A stretch of DNA of 64,000 bases, from the NCBI GenBank assembly GCA_011109175.1, contig RDEW01000018.1, positions 913,962 through 977,961 of the forward strand, read 5' to 3'. The notes below the pieces were generated by a model, which did not search any database, was not told the origin of the DNA, and saw nothing but the letters and a program-made list of their open reading frames with translations. A program made the position numbers and the translations under genes. Origin of the DNA: Dicyema japonicum (Eukaryota > Animalia > Dicyemida). Positions 50,193 to 63,265 of the stretch are shown here, one piece after another. How positions within the stretch are numbered: position 1 is the stretch's first letter; every line of letters starts with the position of its first letter.

Positions 50193-52099
50193 ATTTCTAT
50201 TGTTCTATATTCCTATTAGCCTTCTGCATATCAATATCCTTTGTATGATCTCCCTTTTTCCAATCCTGGATCCTTCAATTAACGAAACGTAGTACATCAT
50301 CATGCCACGAATGTATTCATCATGCCACGAAATGTACATTCAATAAAACTTTATTCGAGTTGCATGCCTCGTTGTGATCGTAGTGGTCGATATAAAAGAC
50401 TCACTATCGAACAAAAAATGCAATTATTGCGTTATAAGGGACGACAACAACATATTATAATGCCAAAGAATTGCCATAAATTTTCCTTTTTTAAAGCTGA
50501 AAATTTGCAGAAAGGCAGTTAACTTATCTTAATTTGTCGCGAGTCAATTTTGAAACTATTCAAACTACAAACTCTTTTAACAAAAACAGTCAAAAAGTTA
50601 AAGTTTCTGCACATGATGAAAAGCTTGTTGAGTGAATGGATTTGATAGATTCAAAAGGTATTCTTAATGTTTTTTAAATTTTCAAGTGTATTGTTGTACG
50701 ATGTAAGGCAGAATCTCCAGTAAAAACAGAATTCTTCGCTAAGAAATTTTTCTCTACTATTCAAAAACTCTTGTGGATTTTTATCCAATTTATGAAAAGG
50801 GATTAACATTTCGGATGAGGAAATTACATAGAGAAATGTGCACACACAAAAAGTGTCGACATTAAAGGGTTTTTAAAAGAATTTCAAGAGGTTTTTAAAA
50901 TCATATACCTGGTGTCAGATTTATAACCTGGATTAAACTGGAATTTTACAAGCTTATTCTATCCAGAAGTATCTGCCAACTTTATTCAAAAGATAATAGA
51001 AATTCAAAGATAGAGTATCTGTGATGTTATCACAAATATGTTTGGAAATCATAAATTAAAGCCCTTTATTAATTGGAAAATCAAAAATGCCTAGGTGTTT
51101 CAAATAATATGATAATCGGTATTCTGCTTCTAAAATGACCACCTGTAGATTTGAATAGTTCTTATGAGTGGATCAAGGTCAAGATGATTAATATTGACAT
51201 TACCAATCTCCAAAAGTTTTATGTTAAAAATACGAGAGGTAATCTCTTTGGAAAGGGGGAGCCCATTAAAATTAGGTGTTCCTCATCAGCATTTTTATTC
51301 GAACAAAAGTGTTTTAAGAGAACCGTCTTTTGTGTGTAGATATTCAAATTAATCGGATTTTAAAAGCAATATAGTTAAAATTTTAATCTATATTTTAAAC
51401 CAACTCAAAATATTAAGAAAAAACAACAACTATTATTTCAAACGGGAAACGAGTAAATTAACATTACCCATTTTAAAACATTGGAATATTTTCCATCGGT
51501 TTTATTATATTTCTTTGACGTTTTTTTTTATAAAAAAAACAAAGTAACTCCAATAATCGTAAGTACTACAGCAGTGATGGCAACTCCATAATTTTATAAT
51601 TTTTTGAATGATTAAACTTATCATTTTTCAAAATTATTTCATAATTTTGTGAGTAGTCTTTCTTGTAGCTTTCTTCACTTACAAAACACCCATAATCTAA
51701 AATCACTGTAATTCAAACCTCTTCCAATATAACAAAAAGTCAATAATTTCGAAAAATTTGATTGTAGACAAAACCAATTTCTGAAATATAATATTTATTT
51801 TGTGTCGAAATTAAATTAAGTGATGGGGGAAGTAATATTGAAAAGGTAGGGCATGCCAACCGACTTCTACCCGACAGTCTCCACCAAAAATCACAGGGTC
51901 ATCTCTGAAGATATGTGACAGATTCTTTAGTTCGATTTATGAAACCTTGAATAAGATTTTCGAAAGTTCCGGCAGCTTTGCAATTTTTTATCAAATCATA
52001 AGGAAATAGGAACAAGGATTTTCGATAGTTCCACCAGCCTGGCCATTTTTATCAAATCATGGAAGAGACCTTATTATTGTCAATTTATTACTTTGTTAT

Positions 52100-55000
52100 T
52101 ACCTAATTTATGTTGAATTGTCTGTCTTGTTTTCTTTGTCTCAATTAATGGTTTATGTAAATTAGAAAGTCTGTCTTCCATGCATTTAAGCTTAATTTCA
52201 CATTCACTATTTGATGACGTTAGTTTGGCTGTCTTTTAGTAAATATTTATTAATTGCTCTCTCCTTATACAGAATATTCTCATCTTCTATTTTTGAGATA
52301 CTTACACTCATGCAATCTACTGTTGTTTGCAAATCATTATTCTTTACCTCCAATCTATCAACCCTCTTTTTTGATGTTCCAAACATTTTTGTAATTCCTA
52401 TAACTTTATATAATTTTACTATTATTTCATTTTCCTTATTACTAATACATTCTTTACTACGTCGAATACTATCTTGTGCTTTTCTTAGAGTTTCATTGAG
52501 GTGATTAGTATATCTAATGACGATTCTATATTTTGCTGAATTTTTTTTTGACTAAGAAAAAAAGTTTTTAAAATAGAAGTCAGGTAGTTGCCGCCCTCAC
52601 TGCGTGGCTGTTCCCTCTCAAAATTGCGAGCGAAATTCGCTCAAATAGCCAGCGGCGTTCACGGAGATCTCCCAGTGCATGAGGTGATCCGGTTTCCAAG
52701 ACGTCCGAAAAACTCGAGTGTAGAGGGGAGTAGGATCCGGAAGTCTCCATAGCAAGGGGAACAAATTTGACATCATCGGGAAGGTCGACGTATTTAACGA
52801 GTTTGGCCTTCTCCGCCTTTACGGATGCTGAACAGGCCCTTGTAGCACTCTCGTGAAGATTTTTCTGGGCGAACGTGTCTGTACATGTCACATCCCAAAA
52901 CCAGTGGTTTCCCGGGCTCAAATGGAAATATGGTCATCCCGTCCGGTCGTTTCCCGTCACTTCTGCATAACCGACCGGTTCAAGAATGGCCGAGTATCCT
53001 GCAGCATCCATAACTCGCCTGACAATTTCATTCAGAGCCCTTGTCCCTTGGGGATCTGCCAGCGCTCCTCCTGCAGGCGAGAGGGTGCAGGCCATAGCAG
53101 TCTATCAGGATGCCACATCGGCACGGGTGAGGTACACATACTTTTAGTCCCAGCCGCAGAGAGATACCAGTTCTAACGCATTCATCATCCAGAAAAGTGC
53201 CCAAGCTCCCATTGGGGATGGCGTTTAGCCTAGCTCCGCTCTCAGGGGAAGCCCCCGAAAGCAAACAAGCGCGTCTGTGCTGATTGGCAGATTCCAGTAA
53301 GGAGTCCAAATGATTTCCAACATAATAAAACCTTTTGCTGAAGGTTTTGGTTATCTATTGTTGCATTGCATTCTCTATCTTGAGCAAAGTTAAGTTTTTC
53401 CTATCAATTATTTACTTGACTTGCCGATAGTATTTTCTTATCATAATTTAATTGTTTATAATTGACTGTTGCTCAGACACCTGACTTTTGTATTTATTAA
53501 TTCGTTTTTCGTTTAATCTTTCTGATTCTTCTTGTTTTGAAAGGACGAGTTGAGTTTCTTCCAGTATGCCTTCCATTCTACTTTTTTCTAATATAATTAT
53601 ATTTATTTACTTTTGTAAATATCAGATAATGTTGTCTGTAATTTAATCAAACGGAATTCTATGTTATTCTTTGTTCTTCAGTTTCTTTTAAAGATGACTT
53701 TGCATATTTTGCCTGTTCTTTATATTCTATCTAAATTAATATTAATACTTTTTCTTTTTCTGTTTTTATTAGCTTTTGTAAGGCATTTCTAATTATTGAA
53801 CTAATTTGATTTGATTCTCTTAATATATAGTAATGCTACTCTGAGAACATCCAAAACAAAGTCTAATTTCAGTACAAATATTATTAATTTCATTTTCCAA
53901 TTCACTCTTTATTTCATTAATTCTAAGTAATTGTCCTTCCAATAATTCTATTCTTCCATCATTTGTTACAATTATTGTCTTTAAATTATTAATCTTTTTT
54001 AATATTATTACTTCTTCATTGGCACTCTATATTACGTCATTCAGTACTTTCTTTTCTTTTTTAATTTATTTTCCACCAAAGAAAAGTTATCAACTATTTT
54101 TTTCAAATTCTAATTCATTTTGCTTCACTAATTCATTCACACATTTAATCTTTTCTCAAGAGATTCTATTTTTACGTTAAATGATTTTTTTCACGTTCAA
54201 TATCCACCATATTCAGTCATTAACAAAAAATTCATTTTATTATTTTTTCATAAATATCATTTTTGAATTTATTTATTTGTTCTCGACTATTCGACAATTC
54301 ACAATTTAATTCACAGATTTCTTGTCTCGTTCTAATTCTCTCAGAGTTCATTTCTTTTTCAACCAAATCACATTCATTCCTCTCTTCTTGTACTCTTCTT
54401 AGTGTCTCATTAAATTCTTGAGTTTGTCTTTGAGAACTTGTCCACTTGTCATCCAAGTCTTAATAAATTCATAATAAAACTTAATATTATCGACTGTGCC
54501 TCTTTTAATTGACGAGTCATTTCAGAATTGTGATTCCATTCCACGTATATTATCTCAATTTTTTAGTTAATGTAATAGCCTTCTCATTTTCTTTAGTTTT
54601 ATATCAATGCAAACTAAATTATAAAATATTATTATTTTTTAATTCAGAATTATCTTTAAATTATAACATCTGTTTCACCTATTTTAATAATTTTCTTTTC
54701 CATCAAATCAATCTGTGATTTTAAATTATAATTAATTAGTTCTAGTTGCTCATCTGGGAATTCTTTTTGTTCATTTCATTTGCAGATTTAGTAATGCTTT
54801 CCTTTAATGATTTTTGTGATTCCTCAGTATCACATCTATCAATTAAACACTTTTCAATCATAGTCTCAGATTGTCTCAGACTCGTTTCTAATTCTTTAAT
54901 ATTTTCTTCACTGTAGTTTTGTCTATTCCCTGAATCTCGTTTTGTACGATTTAACTCATCGTTGATTTGTTCTATTTCTTCATTTAAATATATATTTTCT

Positions 55001-55100
55001 CTTGTAGTGAATTTATTTCACGGTTTAGATATATTTTAGTCTTAAATATAATAGTAATAAACTTGTTGATTTTCATCCTCCAAACATCTCTTTATTCGTT
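52100..55100 (-). pseudogene. Long coiled-coil protein pseudogene interrupted by a CRE-like insertion
   Basis: E/K/N/Q-rich heptad-like frames (e.g. ETLRRVQEERNECDLVEKEMNSERIRTRQEICELNCEL) with many stops. Removing 52541-53332 and one TSD copy restores IDNQNLQQNIESSLDI. Confidence 0.55.
52541..53332 (-). mobile_element. 5'-truncated CRE-like retrotransposon with poly(A) tail and 10-bp TSD
   Basis: ARLNAIPNGSLGTFLDD..LRLG..PHPCRCG..GLHPLAC, RPDD..WDVTC.DTFA, FVPLAMETSG and ISLAILRGN. A9 tail at 52541-52549. TSD TTCAGCAAAA at 52531-52540 and 53333-53342. Confidence 0.9.
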
Positions 55101-55352
55101 CACATTCAAGACTGATTGTAACGCGTAGAGGTGCTCTACGCACTTTTCTAAATATAGAAGCGCTCTAATTATAGAATCCCTTATGACTATTTTTCAAAGA
55201 ATATCCTATAGAAAGTATACTGATTTAAATCGGATAATCTTATTTCATTACAAGTGAGCTTGATAATCTAATTCAATACGAGTACCTACCAGGCTTTCCC
55301 TACATTCCACTTTCTCTCATGGTGGAAGTCTTCCGCTTAGAAGAGCGAGAGG

Positions 55353-55570
55353 TTGAAACGGGAAAAGTGCGTGATCCTACCCAAGGATTTTTTGTTTGTA
55401 CCACTCGCTATTGAGACTGCGACACTGGAATTCTTGAGTTGTCTTGGGAATCGGATTCTACACGAACAGGAGATCCCCGTGAGCTTTGCTAGATATTTGA
55501 AAAAATGTCGCTCGCCATCCGAGAGGCCACACAGTCAACTGCCGGAGAAATCTTTTGGAACAACCATTCG
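55353..55570 (+). mobile_element. CRE-like RLE 3' remnant
   Basis: FLFVPLAIET..EFLSCLGNRI..GDP motif. Another tail remnant (LLNRISLATLRGNSHA) lies at about 56540-56610. Confidence 0.6.
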
Positions 55571-57499
55571 GTTTCCCGACGCTCGTTGCTGACTCTAGAG
55601 ATCATTGACCCAAACGATCTTAGAAAAGAGACCGTCTTGGGCCCGAAGACTCCACTTGTCTCGATAACAATGGACTGAAAATGGAATATTGTAGAGAGAC
55701 TGTCGTATTTTTATCTTGAAATTCTATAAAATACGAGCAGCCTTTCTAGCTTTCAACGCGGAACCTAAAAGCCTCGACTGGGAAAAGGTGTCGGTACAAG
55801 TCCGATCCCAAATCAAGCATTTTTCTAAAACAAATTTTATTAAAAATTCCAAAATATTCTAGCCATCTAATTAATTAAAAACTTTTGGACTCTCCGACCA
55901 GTCCATCTTTTGCAATTCTCTTACTAGCATTTCCGCTTCTCCCCCCATTTCTGGACCATCCAGCTCTTTATCAGTGTCGTGCTCCCTCCTTCCCGACTTG
56001 TAGCCAATAAGAAGATTACATTATGAAAACTTTTCCGCCAAGAATGAAGTGATGTCAGCGACGGTAGGACGTGTGACATAAATAGAATAGGGCGAACCTA
56101 CTTTTTTTCTGAAGCGGAATACTGTAATGGACTACTGGAGAATGGAAGTAAATGTTCTCCCTTTGGACAATTCAAAACTCACTTAATCACCGATTAAAGT
56201 TTTATTTTACTCATAAGCTTAATTCAATGCGAATTAGTCATCAATCATAACTTTTAATCAAAAAAAACAACGAAAATTACAGGGAACAATCAAAAGTCTT
56301 TATAATCCTTAATGTGATACTTGTAGCCGTCTTTTCTGCAGTTGATAATTCTAAAGTCATCATAGTACTCAGCTTTCGCACTTTCTAACCATGTGCATTC
56401 GGGGCTCCTCAGCCAATCATTGTTGTATTCTTCCGCCATGGGAATCTCGATTATTTCTTTTCCATATGCGTACTGTCGTACCCCGACCCATTTTATTATT
56501 AACGTTATTTTCCGTTTATATTTAAATTTATGAGCGCTGCTTGTTACTTAATCGAATCTCGCTCGCTACTCTGAGAGGGAATAGCCACGCAGCAGGGGAC
56601 GCTATATGACCATTTGCTCACTTTTTTGCTTAATAAATTAATTTTTGGTTATTTAAATTGATTGATAAATTCAAGGATATTGTCAAATTATTGATATATT
56701 ATGACATTCCGATTAAATTTATTTCAAAAGACAGCAGGGGTTTGCATGGGCTCAGAAGAATCACAGAGCCAGGTTGAGCTCTGCTGAGACGTGTCTAGAT
56801 CACATATGATCTAGGTATCCTTGACGAGTTAAGGTTTCCGGAGTTTTTGGTGACTGTCGTTTTTATAAGTCGTTCAATATTTCCTCAAACCTCCATGTTC
56901 CATATTTACTTCCTTACTCATCATTTCTCACTCCAATTGAGAATTTTAGCACTACGTTCCAGTGGAGGGCCTGAAAATGAGAAAAATTTAAAAAGGTTGT
57001 TTTTTACCCTTAAAAATTTTTTAGCCTTAAATTTAGTGATGCATTGAAAGTGACGCTAATAGTCGGGAAACCCTATATCTCTAGCTTTTTCTGTTTCTAC
57101 ATGCCATTCCAACACGTGATGACAAGACTCCCTACTGTTATTCCATACAGATGACTTTAATCTCCCACCAAAAACCATTCCGCGTCATCAATATCCTTCA
57201 ACTGATGCTTAAGAATGTGTATGGGCAACAAAATCAATGTGGACACCATTCACTTCGGACCGACAATATAAAAAACATGGAATCTTTATTGGCTCTTTGG
57301 TAGTACCCGTAACAAGCTATTCAACGATTCTGGAAGTAACATACGACAGACTGATGAAGTTCACGGCCAATCCCAAGTTAATCGTCAAGATAACTTATTT
57401 TAATGTTGACGAATTCATCTCTAAACTTTATCGACAGACCATAGCATCAGCTGTGGTGTGTCCTTCTACCGCACAGAGATTCAGGCTATCAGAATCAAT

Positions 57500-59500
57500 A
57501 CTCCATTGAAACAACTAATCCTCTTTACCGTAGAGAGTATCCTCTACCGTAGAAGGCCAACTGATGGAAGGTATACAGTGACTATTAACGAAGGCAAGGT
57601 AAATGAATAACAGTGGATAATAGGTGGGTAGTACCTTTTAGTCACTGTTATGTAAAATTTTTAATGCTCACATAAATGTAGAATTCTGTAATTCAATTAA
57701 ATCAATTATATATGCTTGCAAATACAACAAGGGGTCAGGTCAGGCAGTTTTGCTATAGAAGGACAGGATGAGGTTACACAATACATGCATGGGAGATATA
57801 TTTGCAGCAGTGAGGCTGCGTGGAAAATTTTTTGGATTTCCCATACATGATAGATATCCTTTGGTAATGGATTTGAGTACACTTTGGAAAATGTACAAAA
57901 GAGTTTACTTCAATGAAGAAAACGTAAAAGACCAAATACAAACCACAAAGAATCTTTATGCTTTCTTTGGACTTGTGAACATACACAAAACATTATTATA
58001 TTGTGAAATTCCTAGATACTACACATGGGAAACTACCAGTAAGAAATTCAAACGAAGAATAAGAGAAGAACCAGTGAATGGATATCCAGGAATTGTAAGT
58101 AGTGATGCATTGGGCAGGGTGTACACAGTTTACCCTAACAACTCCGAATGTTATTGTGTTAGGTTGCTTCTGCATACCATCCGAGGACCGAAATCTTTTA
58201 CTGATTTAAAGACAGTCGATGGAGTAATCCGCGCAACATATAGAGAAGCCTGTTTTAAATTGGGACTTTTAGAAGATGACAAAAGCTGGACGACGCATTG
58301 ACCGAAGCTGGGATTTTCAATATGCCATCACATATTAGATATTTATTCACATTGATGTTGACATATTGTAATATATCAAATCCCTACAACTTTGGGAAGC
58401 ATAAAGAAATAATGTGTAAAAATATATTAAAGAGGGACACAAAATCAGATTTGATGAGGACATTTTTAATGAAGATTACTAATCATCAATAGATGCCTCG
58501 AGTCAGTGATTGGCGAAAATATTAATGAGTACGGGTTTACCGTTGACAGTCAAAATACTGCAAAAATTTGGAGATGTGAAAAATATAATTTAGAAAACTT
58601 CAAATAATAAAAGAAAGGGAACGAATTTATTGGAAGGTCAATCAAGAATCTAATCATCAATAGATGACTCGAGTCAGTGATTGGGAAAAATATTAATGAG
58701 TACGGGTTTACCGTTGACAGTCAAAATACTGCAAATAATTTGGAGTGTGAAAAATATAAATTAGAATAATTGCATCAAATAATAAAAGAAAGGGAACCGA
58801 ATTTATTGGAAGGTCAATCAAGAATCTATACTGAAATTAACAGAAATTTTGAAGAAAATGATGGTAAGATATTTTTTATAGATGCACCAGGAGGTACAGG
58901 TAAGACATATTTGTTGTATCTATTCTTAGCAAAGGCGAGATGCAATCATAAAATAGCCATAGCAGTTGCATCTACAGGTATCGCGGCTAAGCTTTTAGAT
59001 GGTGGTCGAACAGCGCATTCAATGTTCACACTACCATTTAATCTAGCAAGAGATATGGACCCAGTTTACAGCATTAAAGGAAATTCACTTATTAGGACTA
59101 TTATACGTGATTGTAATCTAATAGTATGGGATGAGTGCACAATGGTAAGTAAAAGAGCATTTGAAGCAGTTGATAAAACTTTTCGCGACATAAAACACTT
59201 CGACATACCGTTTGGTTAATCGGTATTAGTAATAGCAGGTGATTTTAGACAGACACTGCCTATTATTCAAAGGGGAACACCAGCAGATGAATTAAATGCA
59301 TGTCTGAAATCATCGTATTTGTGGACTTTTGTAAAAAAGGTAAGTTTAGATATAAATATTCGTGCACAAAACAAGTCAGAACGAATACCTTCGCTAAGGT
59401 ACTTTTAAATATAGGGAATGGAGCACTCGAAAAAAATTCGGAAAATTTAAAGGTACAACTTCCTGAAGAATTATGTATAAATGTATACAGCCCAGAAAAA
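57500..59500 (+). mobile_element. Decayed Helitron RepHel (Rep C-terminal region plus PIF1-like helicase)
   Basis: YPLYRRR, RWVVP, FNAHINVEFC, IFGFPIHDRYP, LGRVYTVYP..RLLLHTIRGPKSFTDLKTVDG..TYREAC..LGLLEDD, FIDAPGGTGKT, AVASTGIAA.LL.GGRTAHS, IVWDECTM and GDFRQTLP. Confidence 0.92.
58479..58828 (+). repeat. 171-bp tandem duplication inside the Helitron
   Basis: CTAATCATCAATAGATG..GGAAGGTCAATCAAGAAT starts at 58479 and at 58650. Confidence 0.85.
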
Positions 59501-59539
59501 TAATATAGGTAGTATGATATGACTGATAGGTAGTATGAT

Positions 59540-61420
59540 ATGACTGATACCTCTCTGATCTGATGCCTCCTTAGGCGACTGACTCGTAGAGAGCTGGATT
59601 TCTCAGTGGACAATCTCATCCCTCTTTTAATGCACCAGTCCTGTACTTGTCCAATAAATGACATGATTCTTTTTTCCGAGAGTCGATTTTCCGAATATAT
59701 CCGTGATCAGAATATCATCAGCGTATATCAATAATCTGGTGTTCATATCCGGTGGAGTTGGGAAGTCTGACAAGAATATGTTGAACAGAAGTGGGCTCAA
59801 GACAGAACCCTGTGGAGCTTCCCTCTTCAGTATGATATCTTTTGACATATTTGCTCCAACACGTACTTGGGAGATCCGTCTTGTTAGGAAGTCCTTTATC
59901 CACATGAAAATTTTTGTTTTGAATATCAGCAGTTGCTAGCCTTGATAGGAGGGCTTCGTGTCACACGCTATCAAAGGCTTTAGACAGATCCAAACATACC
60001 AGGTTGACTAGTCTCTTAAATTCCAGACCTCTCAATACCATCAAATGCATCTGGTAGATGCAGTCCGTGCATGATTTTCCAGGTCTGAAGCCACATTGTT
60101 CTGCGAGGAGGAAACCACTTTCTTCTATGTGGTCGTTAAGCTTTTTAAAGATAATTCGTTCGATAATCTTAGAGATCGAACAGATGAGGCTTATCGGCCT
60201 ATAGCTGAGTGAGTCCCTCCTCGATTTTCCCGGTTTCAGCATCATTCTGACTATAAAAGATTTTCAGCGTTTTGGGACATGGCCATAATGAATGCTTGCA
60301 TTGAATAAATTCTTTAGTATGGGAAATAGATCCTCTTGGCTTTCCTTGAACAATCTCATGCTTAGATGGTCATGTCCAGGAGCGTTAACCTTGCTTGTCA
60401 TGATTGCAGTCATGACGTCTTCCGTAGTTATCTTCATTTCAGGATCTTTGAGAACGTCCAAAGAGTAGGTTAAAATTACACATAAAAAATTTAACATCTC
60501 CCTTGGAATCAGCTCCATCTAGTTGACCTCTTGAATGCGGTCTAGTTGCTTCTTAAAGATATCTGAGGCTTCTTCCATAGAACACAGTCCACCTTCTGGC
60601 TTAGTCAAAGAGATTTTTATGTCATTCCTTTCCTGGCCAGTTATTCTTTTGTGGAACTTCCAGAACGAAGGGTCTTTGGTGTTTAGTTTGCTTGCCTCTA
60701 CCCTCAAACATTGTTTTTGAGATAATCTTGCTTTTTCTTCAATGGCTGTCTTGATTATCTTCAATTGTCCGGTCAATGCAATCCGGTCTATCCAGTCCAT
60801 CTTCTGAGTTTGGTCCTCAGGCGATTCCCTTCATTGATCAAAGATAATATGGAACGGGAAAGACTGATACTCTTTCCATAATTGGTACTTGAGGATCTCC
60901 TTTATGCGTAAAGCATTAAGTATGTCTTTATCATGATGGAGAGTTCATTGTCCACAGCATCTCACCTCGACGGAAACAAATTCACAGTGTGTATTCATAA
61001 TAATTTTTGGCTCACGTATCTGTAGAACTTCACTGTAGAAAAATGTGGTTCCAGTACCAGCTTCTGCACCTTCGAACCATGGAATTTCTATAGAATTGTA
61101 TCCCTGTAGCATTGTGGTGTTGGTCTTTTTCACCTTGGTCTCGTTGACCACCAGGATGTCAATCTTGGTGGACGATAGTAGTAGTGCCAGGTCATGACGC
61201 CTCTTCTTTAGGGATCGGGCGTTCACCAGCACTATCTTCAAGTTTCTTTTCAATTTTCTTGTTGGTGGCCCAGGCTCTCTATGGCCAGGTCCACCATACT
61301 GCGTAAATCCACCTCGAGTATCCCGCTTAGTTCCTTCAGTCTTGATATTATTTCCTTTAGTTCTTTTATAATACTCCCTAATAACTTTTCCCTCGGTAGC
61401 CGACTCTCGTGGAAGAAAAG
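59540..61420 (-). mobile_element. Jockey/I-group APE-RT LINE, truncated and deleted
   Basis: IVLVNARSL..IDILVVNET, NAPGHD, SYRPISLICSISKIIER, QCGFRPGKSC, LDLSKAFDSV, PQGSVLSPLLFNIF and YADD. Confidence 0.88.
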
Positions 61421-61429
61421 CACTCTCGT

Positions 61430-62750
61430 TTTTTCTCGAAGTTTCACTTGATGAACAAAACCATGCAAGATATTCAGTTGCTTCAGTTTGTGTTTCTTTA
61501 TTCCATGAATTAATTTGCTTGAACATTTCATTCATTTCCTCTTCTGAGTAATGATTATTTATGGTTTCATTGGCAGAAGCTCCGAACATCAATTTAAAAA
61601 GAGCGTGCAAAGTTGTTGACTGTTGGACAGAATTATAGGAACTTGTAATTTCTTCAATTATGTCTATCCATTTGAAATTCAAATTCTTTGAAAAATAGGT
61701 TGAAGAAATCATAAATTTCAATGTCTGATTTAGACGCTCGACTTGTCCCTGCACCCAGGGACATCTAGGACGTCCCCTGATGTGTTTTATACCATATGTT
61801 GAGCATAACTCGAACATTTTTTCATTTACAAANATCAATTTAAAAGGAGCGTGCAAAGTTGTTGAATGCTGGACAGAATTATAGGAACTTGTAATTTCTT
61901 CAATTATGTCTATCCATTTGAAATTCAAATTCTTTGAAAAACAGGTTGAAGAAATCATAAATTTCAATGTCTGATTTAGACGCTCGACATGTCCCTGCAC
62001 CAAGCAACATCTAGGACGTCCCCTGATGTGTTTTATACCATATGTTGAGCATAACTCGAACATTTTTTCATTTACAAATTACTTGTAATTTTCCGTTTAC
62101 AAAAAGGGTTGTTTTTCCAAACATTGAAATTATGCTCTTTATTGTACTTGACACCTCCGTAGCCGATTTACTCTTTAGAGGTCTTGTCCAGCAAAATTTG
62201 GAAAAGGAATCCAACCCAACCAAAAGCCAATAAAAGTTTTCATTGAAAATTGAAGTGTAGTAGATCAACTAAATCAAAAATATAGCTGAAATTAGAATAG
62301 TTAACTAGTGCTTATCTCTCATTGTATATGCTCTGATAGGTGTTATAGTTGGTCGAGTGTTCATAAGCCGTCTTGCCAGACATTGTGAGCAAGACCTGAA
62401 AACAACCATAACTTCATCTCTGCAAGATCCATAGACTAGATTCTTTAGAAGAGATAGAAGTCTATCACGACCATGATGTCCATTTTTTGAGGTGAACATT
62501 TTAAATAAATATCCTCTTCTGTTCATCTTCTTCCACTGCGAACACGTGCAATAAAATTCCACTTGTTTTGAAAAAAATAGTTGAGCCGGCAATGAGTCTT
62601 TCAGTCTGAATAATGACGCAGTTTTTATGAAATTTCGTTTTTCCTTCAGCAAATTAGGTGGTAAAATTTGGTATCTCAGATAGGTTATTATTTCTTGCTT
62701 TTGTGTCAGAATAAAATAGACAAGCTTCTTTACAAAAAACAAAAACAAGC
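61430..62750 (-). mobile_element. Stand-alone Gypsy-type integrase (Ginger/GIN-like) remnant
   Basis: Zinc-binding GHHGRD..CSQC, LDSFSKFCWTRPLKSKSATEV and GRPRCPWVQGQVERLNQTLK. No gag, protease or RT is seen next to it. Confidence 0.8.
61588..62078. other. 245-bp duplication joined by a single N (61833); probable scaffolding artefact
   Basis: 61588-61832 and 61834-62078 are near-identical, with the N exactly at the junction. Confidence 0.8.
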
Positions 62751-62943
62751 GTGAGCAAAAATCTATTACTATTCTATCTGACGTAAGCCGTTAAGAAAAT
62801 GAAAATTTGTGAGAAATTTAAATTATTAAAATTACTAATCTTTATAAAAATAGGAATTAATTAATTTATTGATTTATTTTTCATTAAAAAAATTATTGAT
62901 TTCTAACGCCTTTAACGTCGACAAAAATAAAAACGGTAAGTTG

Positions 62944-63265
62944 TCAAAGAAGAGATAAGAACTGCTTTTAAATTCTGTCCGATGAGGTGATAGATCAGGT
63001 ATGTTGTTTATATTTAAGAATTTCTACAGTTAGTAGGTATAACGTCTTTAACGGCTCGTATTGAACCTGGGTTCGTATTCAGCCAGTCACAATATATNTC
63101 AAAGAAGAGATAAGAACTGCTTTTAAATCCTGTCCGATGAGGTGATAGATCAGGTATGTTGTTTATATTTAAGAATTTCTACAGTTAGTAGGTATAGCGT
63201 CTTTAACGGCTCGTTTAACGGCTCGTATTCAACCTGGGTTCGTATTCAGCCGGTCACAATATATA
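62944..63265. other. ~154-bp duplication joined by a single N (63098); probable scaffolding artefact
   Basis: 62944-63097 is repeated from 63099, with the N exactly at the junction. Confidence 0.8.

Larger units (their letters stand above)
30272..52700. repeat. Tandem segmental repeat: 3 units of ~7.3-7.6 kb (30272-37820, 37821-45090, 45091-52700)
   Basis: Each unit has the same order: RLE 3' fragment, RTE LINE, RLE 5' fragment, tRNA-like gene, pogo, TM fragment, coiled-coil fragment, CRE tail. tRNA-like anchors are at 35304, 42543 and 50116. Confidence 0.95.

Noticed and set aside
56795-56814. Perfect hairpin CTAGATCA-CATA-TGATCTAG as a Helitron terminus
   Set aside because: It lies upstream of the plus-strand RepHel remnant and lacks the hairpin-spacer-CTRR layout. 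An 8-bp inverted repeat is expected by chance in 64 kb.
60945-62063. 372-aa ORF as a novel integrase-endonuclease fusion protein
   Set aside because: It contains an N-joined 245-bp duplication and runs from an integrase remnant into the start of a nested LINE APE domain. It has no full domain of either.
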